Assembly (NCBI GenBank): GCA_028281485.1
Contig: JANQJT010000342.1
Coordinates: 1 to 43,863 of the forward strand
Reading direction: 5' to 3'
From: Phycisphaeraceae bacterium
Lineage (GTDB): Bacteria > Planctomycetota > Phycisphaerae > Phycisphaerales > Zrk34
Length of the DNA stretch: 43,863 nt
This document shows, in pieces, positions 19,924 through 27,523 of the stretch. The translations under genes and the position numbers were made by a program. Position 1 is the stretch's first letter, and each line of letters opens with the position of its first letter. The notes below the pieces were generated by a model, which made no database searches, was not told where the DNA came from, and worked only from the letters and a program-made list of their open reading frames with translations.

Positions 19924-20069
19924 GGCGGGTGGGTCTCTCGGTGCGGTCTGATGACGACAGGTTTTAAGCCGAACACGTGGCCGCGGCAAATCGGCCGCGT
20001 TTTATCCCTTAGCAATCATACGCCGCACGGCCCTCGTCGGGTTCGCGCGATTTCAGGTGAGCGACAAGC

Positions 20070-22160
20070 ATGAGTCAGGATCAACACACGTTTCAAAGGG
20101 CGGTCAGCGCCTCGCTATTGGGGCTGGCGATCCAGCTGGCCGTCAGCGGGATGCTGCTGCTGTTGGGGCTTCGGCTGGACAGCGCGCTGGTCACGATCGC
20201 CATGTTCCACGCGATCGGCGGCACGCTGCTCTGGGTCGCACTGGCCGTGGTGTACCAGCAGCACAAGCTCGAGCGGATCGAAGCCCTCGAGGCCGACGAG
20301 CTGGCCAAACGCCACGGCACCGACAGCTCGATTTTCTCAACCAGCGCCGAGGACCTCTCGGTCGCACGGCGCAGGCTCGGACGCCTGCAGAAGTGGGCCC
20401 TTCCCGTTGTGAGCTTCGTCACGGCGGGCTTCCTCGTCGGCATCGGCATCTGGCAGTTCGTCGCGCGATTCGACCTGCTGTCGGCCAAGCCCATGATGAG
20501 CGACCAGCTCGATCACGACCCCAAGCTCGACAGCATCGCCGGCGCCGACGCGTTCGGCAACGAAGGCGTGCTGTTGGCGCTGTTCGGCGGCGTGGCGTTC
20601 GTCATGTTCATCGTCAGCCGCTACGTCGCGGGCATGGCGAAGGTCAAAGAGTGGCAGATGCTGCGCGGCGGGGCGGGTTACCTCATGGGCGTCTGCCTCG
20701 TGTGTGCGATGCTCGCGCTGGGCTACGGCCTGCTGCTGCTGCCGTCCCCGGTCTCCATCGTGCTGACCTACATGGTCGCGATCGTGCCGGCGTTCATGGC
20801 GCTGATCGGCTTGGAGATGTTGCTGAACCTGGTGCTGGACGTGTACCGGCCGCGCAAGGTCGGCGAGCTGCCCCGGCCCGCGTTCGACAGCCGCCTGCTC
20901 AGTTTCCTGACCAGCCCCGAGTCGATCGCCCGATCGATCAACGACGCGATCAATTACCAGTTCGGTTTCGAGATCACCCACAGCTGGTTCTGGCAGCTGT
21001 TCACACGGGCGCTGCCCGCGCTGGTGCTGTTCAGCGGCGCGGTGCTGATGAGCATGTCCAGCCTGGTGTTCGTCGACGACGGTGACCAGGCCGTGATTAC
21101 GAGCTTCGGTCAACTCGACCAGCGCGTGCTCGAGCCCGGTGTTCACGTCAAGGCGCCGTGGCCGTTTGCCTCCGCCCAGAGCTACACGGTGGGGCGGGTC
21201 CAAAGCGTCTCCATCGGGTCCGACATCGTGATGATACCCGGCGAGGCCATCCTCTGGGACAACAAACACTCCGAGACCGAGCCGATCCACCTGATCGTTG
21301 CGCCGCTGGAAACAACGGTCGGCGAGCAGGACCCCGCAGATGAGAGCGATGGCAACGGGACAACGCGAGCCGTCACGCCCTCGGTCGCGCTGATCGATAT
21401 CGAGGTCAATCTGCACTACCAGGTCAGCGACCTGATCCAGTACCTGACTCACAACGACGACCCGGTCCGCCGTCTCGAGGCGCTCGGCAACGCGGAACTG
21501 TCGCGCTACCTGCTGAGCCAAACCATCGATGAGTGGCTCAGCACCTCGCGTCGTGAGACCGGCCAGGAGCTGCTGCGTCGCATCCAGGACGCGTGCGAGA
21601 AAGAAAAGCTCGGCGTCGAGGTGATCCACGTCTCGGCGGCGTCGATTCATCCACCGCGTGACGTGGCGTCGGCGTTCCACGAGGTGATCAAGGCCGAGCA
21701 TCAGCGCCAGATCCTCGTCGACGAGGCGCGGGCCACGGAGATCGCCACGCTCGTTGGCGCAGCCGGCTCGGTCGAAGAAGCCGAGGCGATCTACACCATG
21801 ATCGAATCCGCACGCTCGCTCAGCGGCGAGCGGGCCGCGGCCATGGCCGTTCAGATCGAGCGTTCGCTGACCCGCGCCGGTGGCGAGGCGGCGGTCGTAC
21901 TCGCCGAAGCCCACGGCGACCGCTGGCAACACGAAAACACGGAACTCGCCGCGGCCATGCGCTTCCCTCAAGAGCTCGCAGCCTACCGCGCCGAGCCCGG
22001 TGTCTACCGCCTGCGCGAGTTCCTCAAGGTCCTCCTCGAAGAATCACGCAAAGCCAAGGTCTACCTGATCCTCGCTGACCCCGAACGGTTCACCGTGCGA
22101 TTCAAGCTCGACGAACCCGCCTCCGCGCTGCCCGGCCTCGATCCCACAGCCACGAACTAA
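20070..22160 (+). CDS. SPFH/HflK-like protein with a large multi-TM N-terminal extension
   Basis: About 330-aa N-terminus with ~7-8 hydrophobic segments, then VFVDDGDQAVITSFG...LEPGVHVKAPWP, IHPPRDVASAFHEV and a coiled-coil tail. Confidence 0.82.
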   Translation: MSQDQHTFQRAVSASLLGLAIQLAVSGMLLLLGLRLDSALVTIAMFHAIGGTLLWVALAVVYQQHKLERIEALEADELAKRHGTDSSIFSTSAEDLSVARRRLGRLQKWALPVVSFVTAGFLVGIGIWQFVARFDLLSAKPMMSDQLDHDPKLDSIAGADAFGNEGVLLALFGGVAFVMFIVSRYVAGMAKVKEWQMLRGGAGYLMGVCLVCAMLALGYGLLLLPSPVSIVLTYMVAIVPAFMALIGLEMLLNLVLDVYRPRKVGELPRPAFDSRLLSFLTSPESIARSINDAINYQFGFEITHSWFWQLFTRALPALVLFSGAVLMSMSSLVFVDDGDQAVITSFGQLDQRVLEPGVHVKAPWPFASAQSYTVGRVQSVSIGSDIVMIPGEAILWDNKHSETEPIHLIVAPLETTVGEQDPADESDGNGTTRAVTPSVALIDIEVNLHYQVSDLIQYLTHNDDPVRRLEALGNAELSRYLLSQTIDEWLSTSRRETGQELLRRIQDACEKEKLGVEVIHVSAASIHPPRDVASAFHEVIKAEHQRQILVDEARATEIATLVGAAGSVEEAEAIYTMIESARSLSGERAAAMAVQIERSLTRAGGEAAVVLAEAHGDRWQHENTELAAAMRFPQELAAYRAEPGVYRLREFLKVLLEESRKAKVYLILADPERFTVRFKLDEPASALPGLDPTATN

Positions 22161-22198
22161 ACCAACCGAAAGAAACGATCAATCAAGGATATGCGGCA

Positions 22199-23155
22199 AT
22201 GAAAAAACTCTCTTCCATCCTGCTCGGCCTACTGCTCCTGCTGTTCTTCCTGGGCTACATGGTCACGTTCAGCGTGGGCCACAACCAGATCGCGGTGAAG
22301 TCCACCTTCGGCGTTGTTGGTGAGGACTCGGTCTACCACGGACGCGACGGCACGGGACGCGGCGTGCTCGGCAACCTCCACTTCAAGTGGTTCAACCCGA
22401 TCCAGAGCATCGAAACCTATTCCGCCCTCGTGCAACAGCTCGACATCGAGCCGACCCAGATCAAGCTGGACGACAACAACGTCGCCGTGGTGCAGCTGTT
22501 CGTCACGTGGCAGATCACCGACGCCAAGCTGTTTTACACCAAGCTGCGCACCGAAGACGAGGCGCGCCAGCGCCTCAAGGAACTGCTCCGCGACGCCACC
22601 AATCAGATCGCCAGCTACCGCTTCGAAGACCTGACCAACATCGACCCGGCCAAGCTGAAGATCACCGAGGCGCAGCAGAAGATCGCACAGACCCTGCAGG
22701 CCACCGCGGACGCCAGCGAGTACGGCATCACGATCCGCTCGGTCGGCATCGAGCGTTTGCTGCTGCCCTCGGAGGTGGCCAGCAAGGTGTTCGATCAGAT
22801 GAAGCAGACGCGCGAGACGCTGGCGTCGAAGGAGACCGAGGCGGGCAAGGCCGAGGCCACACAGATCCTCAGCCGCGCCGACTCGATCGCCACGCAGATC
22901 CTGAGCTTCGCCAACACGCGCGCCGAGGCCATCCGCAGCGAGGGCCGCATCGCCGTCGGCGAGAAGATCCGTGAGTTCCGCGACGATCCGGAGTTCGCCG
23001 AGTTCCTCCTGCGGCTGCAGGCCGTGCGACAGATGCTGGCCAACAACCCCACGATCATCGCCGACCCGCGCATGATCCCGTTCGACGTGTTTCCCCAGAT
23101 GAAAGAGCTGGAAGGGCGCTCCGGTATCAGCGCCTCCGATGACAACCTCGAGTAA
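22199..23155 (+). CDS. SPFH/HflC-like protein
   Basis: Single TM; FG...LHFKW; FVTWQITD; YGITIRSVGIERLLLP...VFDQMKQTR; AEAIRSEG; DPEFAEFL. Confidence 0.85.
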   Translation: MKKLSSILLGLLLLLFFLGYMVTFSVGHNQIAVKSTFGVVGEDSVYHGRDGTGRGVLGNLHFKWFNPIQSIETYSALVQQLDIEPTQIKLDDNNVAVVQLFVTWQITDAKLFYTKLRTEDEARQRLKELLRDATNQIASYRFEDLTNIDPAKLKITEAQQKIAQTLQATADASEYGITIRSVGIERLLLPSEVASKVFDQMKQTRETLASKETEAGKAEATQILSRADSIATQILSFANTRAEAIRSEGRIAVGEKIREFRDDPEFAEFLLRLQAVRQMLANNPTIIADPRMIPFDVFPQMKELEGRSGISASDDNLE

Positions 23156-23163
23156 CGCCCACG

Positions 23164-24525
23164 ATGCAAGACCAAAACCACGAATATCACGACCCCGATC
23201 TCGACCTCGGTGATCACAGAGACCCGTTCGACGTTCAACCGACCAGGGAACTGAACATCGACGAGATGGACCCGGCCAACCGCTCGTTGGCCGAGGCGCT
23301 GCGCATCAGCTTCGGCTTCCTCAAGTGGGCCGTGGCGCTGTTGCTGATCGTGTTCATCGGCTACGGCTGCTACAACGAGATTCAGGAGGGCCAGATCGGC
23401 ATCCGCCTGCGCTTCGGTGCCGCGGTGGGCAAGCCCATTCAGGGCCCCGACGGCGATCCCAGCTACACCGTCACCGTCCTGAACCCCGGCGTGCACTTCT
23501 CCTGGCCGGAGCCGATCGACCGCATCATCGTCGTACCGACGCGCGAGCAGACGGTGACGATCGACAGCGCATTCTTCTTCCTGCTTCAGGAACGGGAATC
23601 CCACAAGCCGCTGACCGAGCGCACCTTGTTACCGGGCGGCCTCTTGCCCGGTCGCGACGGCTACCTGCTCACCGCCGACCGCAACATCGTCCACGGACAG
23701 TGGGCCGTCACCTTCCGTATCGACCCGGCCGACGCCGAGTTGTTCGCTCTCAACCTCGGCAGCGAAGACCTGACCGAGTCGCTCCAGGCCGCCCACGACA
23801 TGGTCAGCCGCGTCGCCCAGTGTGCCATCCTCCAGGTCGTCGCCACCATCACCGCCGACGACTTCATGGAGAAACAGACCGTCCCGGCCCGCTCGATCGA
23901 GATCGCCCAGCAGATGCTCGACGACATCGGCTGCGGCATCACGATCACCAACATCTCGCACGCCGAGGCACACGTCCCGCCGAGCGTGCGCGACAGCTTC
24001 AACCGCGTGACCCAGGCCAACGCCGAACGCAAACGACTCCGCGACGAGGCGATCAGCAAGGAAAACGCCAAGCTGCAGAACGTCGCGGGCGCGGGGTACC
24101 CCGTCTTGCTGGAAGCGATGCGCAACTACCAGGACGCCCGCATCCTCGGTGAGTCCGCCCGCATCGAGTCCACGCATCAACAGATCGATGCGCTGCTGAC
24201 CGACAACCAGTCCATGTCCGACAACGCCATCGGCGGCCGCGTCGCGGAGGTGATCAGCGCCGCCATCGCCGACCGCACCGGCATGGTCCAGCGCATCGAA
24301 TCCGATGTGAACAACTTCCGCGGCCACTATTCCGCCTTCGGCGACGACCCCGTCCTGCGCCGCATCAAGATGCAGCGCCTCTGGTACGACACGCTCGACG
24401 ACATCTTCGCCGAGAAACACGAGCTGTTCCGACTGCCGACCAATGCGCCTCACCTGATCATCGAGATCGGACGCAACCCCGAGATCAAGCAGCGCATCGT
24501 ACAAGACGACGAATCGGAGGAGTAA
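23164..24525 (+). CDS. SPFH/HflK-like protein
   Basis: Single TM; LRFG; PGVHFSWPEPID; GYLLTADRNIVH; VPPSVRDSFNRV; His/Asp-rich N-terminus. Confidence 0.85.
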   Translation: MQDQNHEYHDPDLDLGDHRDPFDVQPTRELNIDEMDPANRSLAEALRISFGFLKWAVALLLIVFIGYGCYNEIQEGQIGIRLRFGAAVGKPIQGPDGDPSYTVTVLNPGVHFSWPEPIDRIIVVPTREQTVTIDSAFFFLLQERESHKPLTERTLLPGGLLPGRDGYLLTADRNIVHGQWAVTFRIDPADAELFALNLGSEDLTESLQAAHDMVSRVAQCAILQVVATITADDFMEKQTVPARSIEIAQQMLDDIGCGITITNISHAEAHVPPSVRDSFNRVTQANAERKRLRDEAISKENAKLQNVAGAGYPVLLEAMRNYQDARILGESARIESTHQQIDALLTDNQSMSDNAIGGRVAEVISAAIADRTGMVQRIESDVNNFRGHYSAFGDDPVLRRIKMQRLWYDTLDDIFAEKHELFRLPTNAPHLIIEIGRNPEIKQRIVQDDESEE

Positions 24526-24527
24526 GC

Positions 24528-25715
24528 ATGGTCAGCCAGCAACCGGTGATCCAGACGTTCGGCCTGACCAAGGTCTTCAAGGACTTCTGGATGCGCCCGC
24601 GCATCCGGGCCGTCGATCATCTCGACCTCACCGTCGAGCCGCATCAGGTGTTCGGCCTGCTCGGGCCCAACGGCTCGGGCAAGAGCACCACGATCAAGAT
24701 CCTGCTCGGCCTGCTGTTCCCCACGCGCGGCAAGGCCGCCGTATTCGGTCGTCTGCCCAGCGAGGTCGTCACCAAACAGCGCATCGGCTACCTCCCCGAA
24801 GAGTCCTACCTCTACCGCTACCTCAACGCGCGCGAGACGCTCGACTACTACGGCCGCATCTTCCACATCGACCGACACACGCGCGTCAAACGCATCGACA
24901 TGCTCCTGGAGATGGTCGGTCTCGACGCCGTGCAACGACGCCCCGTCGGTGAGTATTCCAAGGGCATGCAGCGCCGCATCGGTCTGGCCCAGGCGCTGAT
25001 CAACGACCCCGAGCTGCTCATCCTCGACGAACCGACCACCGGCCTCGATCCCATCGGCACACGACAGATCAAGGACCTCATCCTCCACCTCAAGGAGCGC
25101 GGCAAGACGGTGCTTCTGTCCAGTCACCTGCTGGCCGATGTCGAGGACGTGTGTGACCGCGTCACCATTCTCTACGGCGGCAAGAAGCGGGCCGAGGGAA
25201 CGGTCGACGAGTTGTTGGAAGTGGAAGACTCACGCGTGATCGAAACCGATGCGCTCAAGCAAGAAACGATCGACAAGATCGAACGGCTCATCCAGGAAGA
25301 AGAGGGCGGCGCGATCCGTCGCGTCGAGCGTCCGCGTCAGAAACTCGAGGCGTTGTTTCTCGATATCGTGCACGCGGCTCAGGACGAGGGCGCCGCAACC
25401 AGCGGCGCGGTGGCCGGCGGAGCCGTTGCCGAGTTCCTCGCACGCGACGCACACATGCCCGAACAGGTCGACGGCGACGCGCTCATCGACCGGCTCACGC
25501 GCGTCGAACCGGAAGCCCCGGCGCTATCGCCCCCTGTCCAGTCGGCCGAGCCGATCAAGCCGACCGGGCCCGATACCGACGTGCTCGAAGGACTGACCCG
25601 AAGCGAACCTGTCGATTCCGCGCCCAAGCCCGAGCAGAAAGAAGAACCGCAGCCCAAGCGCGACATGGATCGTGGTGTGATCGATGACCTGATGGGTGGA
25701 GGCGGCGCGTCGTGA
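24528..25715 (+). CDS. ABC transporter ATP-binding protein (PilH-like) with C-terminal extension
   Basis: GPNGSGKS, GYLPEE, YSKGMQRR, LILDEP, SSH; ~100-aa Pro/Glu-rich tail. Confidence 0.93.
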   Translation: MVSQQPVIQTFGLTKVFKDFWMRPRIRAVDHLDLTVEPHQVFGLLGPNGSGKSTTIKILLGLLFPTRGKAAVFGRLPSEVVTKQRIGYLPEESYLYRYLNARETLDYYGRIFHIDRHTRVKRIDMLLEMVGLDAVQRRPVGEYSKGMQRRIGLAQALINDPELLILDEPTTGLDPIGTRQIKDLILHLKERGKTVLLSSHLLADVEDVCDRVTILYGGKKRAEGTVDELLEVEDSRVIETDALKQETIDKIERLIQEEEGGAIRRVERPRQKLEALFLDIVHAAQDEGAATSGAVAGGAVAEFLARDAHMPEQVDGDALIDRLTRVEPEAPALSPPVQSAEPIKPTGPDTDVLEGLTRSEPVDSAPKPEQKEEPQPKRDMDRGVIDDLMGGGGAS

Positions 25716-27514
25716 GCAAGCGAGGCTCCCTAACCTGGGAAAAGCGACCCGGCCTGCACGCGGCGGTCATCACGACCACCTTCACGGTCGTTGCGTACTT
25801 TTTGATCAGCCGACTCGAGACCATGGGCGACGGCGCCGGTCGCGCGGTTCTCGGCGCGATGGCGCTTGTCCTATTCGCAATGGGCGTGTGGATGCTGCGG
25901 CGATGCAACCGATCGGATTGGGGCTTGCTTCAGACGATCGGACTGTTTTTGTCTGCCTTTATGGTCCTGCTCGGCGTGGATTGTTTCCTGGGCGCTGCTT
26001 TCGACACGATGCTGATGAAGACACGCTGGGGCGCGGTGATCGGTCTCAGCCTGGTCTTGTCCGTCGGGTTTCTGATCGGTTACGGCTTGTTGCAAGTCAC
26101 GCTGTCCTTGCCGTGGCGACCATTGGGCGTGGCACGCGCGATCATCGCCGAAGCGATGGCCTACCGCGTCGTCGTAGGGGTGGTTGGGGCGCTGTTTCTC
26201 GGAGTCGTGGCGATCCCCCTCATGATCGGCCAGACCGAGTACAACACGCTCGAAGACATACCCACGCTCTACGATCGGATGCGAAAGTACCTGTCGTTTT
26301 CGTTCATGTTCGTCTCGGCGATGCTGTCGCTGATGACGGTGGTGCTCAGCTGCTGGTCGCTCAGCAACGAGGTCGACCAGCGATACGTCTACACGACGCT
26401 GACCAAGCCGATATCGCGGGGCGGCTACCTGCTGGGTAAGTGGCTGGGTGTGATGCTGCTCAACGGCCTGCTCGTGCTGGTCGTCGGCATCGCGATGTAT
26501 GGCTTCACCGTCTTCTATCTCGCCAAGATGGACCCGATCCACGCGCTAGACGAGAACGCGGTCAGCAAACAACTGCTGACCGCACGCATCGCCTCCACCG
26601 CCCAGCCCCCCGAGGAATTAGAGAAGTTGGCTGATGATGAACTCGAACGCATCCGCGTGGAGTTCGGTGATCGCTACATCGATGAACGCGGCGGCGACGC
26701 GGTTTTCCGTGAGGAAATCCTTGGGCGCCTGCTCGGCGAGTGGCGCAGCGTCGCGCCCTACGGCCGGGAGAACTATCGTCGCGTCTACAAGTTTACCGGG
26801 CTCGACACGGAAAACCGCAGCGACGAGTTCAACGCTCAGATCCAGTACACGCTACGCGCAGGCAGCTCCGTGCCCAAAGGCCAGGCGCGCGTCGGTTGGA
26901 CGGTCAACGGCTCGCCCATCACAGAGGTCGACGGCATCGAAGTCCCGCTGCGCATCCGACAGACCCTGCCGTTTCAGTCCAGCCGCATCAACGACGACGG
27001 CACGGTACTGCTCGAGCTGTTCAACCTGACCCCGGGTTCGTCGCTATACTTCAGCGGATTCGACAACCTGCAGGTCATGCACGAGGCCGACGGCTTTTCA
27101 GGAAACTTCGCACGCGCGATGATGATCGTCTGGATCAAGCTCATGTTCTTTGCCGCGCTGGGCCTGACCATGTCGACGTTTCTTAATTTCTACGTGTCGA
27201 TCCTCGGCTCCCTGCTGGTGCTCATCGCCGCGTCGAGCGGCAGCTACATCCTCGAGGCGGCCAGCCACTACGGCATCGGGCCCGATGCGCTGTTGATCGA
27301 GCAAGCGTTGCACTACATCGCCGTGACCTTTACATGGCCGCTGCAGCAGTACAGCAGCTTCGAACCGGGCAAGCACATCGTCGACGGACTGTACATCTCA
27401 TGGGGCCAATTGGGCCGATGCGTGCTGGTGCTGGGTGTGATCTGGACGGGCCTCGCGGGACTCATCGGATGGGGCATTTTCGCCCGGCGTGAGCTGGCGC
27501 GTGTGCAGGTGTAA
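25712..27514 (+). CDS. ABC-2 family permease with extra N-terminal TMs and a large extracytoplasmic domain
   Basis: GTGA overlap; EVDQRYVYTTLTKPISRGGYLLGKWLG; C-terminal IFARRELARVQV. Confidence 0.85.
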   Translation: MSKRGSLTWEKRPGLHAAVITTTFTVVAYFLISRLETMGDGAGRAVLGAMALVLFAMGVWMLRRCNRSDWGLLQTIGLFLSAFMVLLGVDCFLGAAFDTMLMKTRWGAVIGLSLVLSVGFLIGYGLLQVTLSLPWRPLGVARAIIAEAMAYRVVVGVVGALFLGVVAIPLMIGQTEYNTLEDIPTLYDRMRKYLSFSFMFVSAMLSLMTVVLSCWSLSNEVDQRYVYTTLTKPISRGGYLLGKWLGVMLLNGLLVLVVGIAMYGFTVFYLAKMDPIHALDENAVSKQLLTARIASTAQPPEELEKLADDELERIRVEFGDRYIDERGGDAVFREEILGRLLGEWRSVAPYGRENYRRVYKFTGLDTENRSDEFNAQIQYTLRAGSSVPKGQARVGWTVNGSPITEVDGIEVPLRIRQTLPFQSSRINDDGTVLLELFNLTPGSSLYFSGFDNLQVMHEADGFSGNFARAMMIVWIKLMFFAALGLTMSTFLNFYVSILGSLLVLIAASSGSYILEAASHYGIGPDALLIEQALHYIAVTFTWPLQQYSSFEPGKHIVDGLYISWGQLGRCVLVLGVIWTGLAGLIGWGIFARRELARVQV

Positions 27515-27523
27515 ACACAAGAC

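Noticed and set aside
19975..20000. Imperfect inverted repeat ACGTGGCCG/CGGCCGCGT in the divergent promoter gap
   Set aside because: GC-rich and plausible by chance; no second copy seen.
20070..24525. Assigning the gene symbols hflK/hflC
   Set aside because: Family similarity is clear, but three divergent paralogues without hflX or ftsH do not establish orthology.
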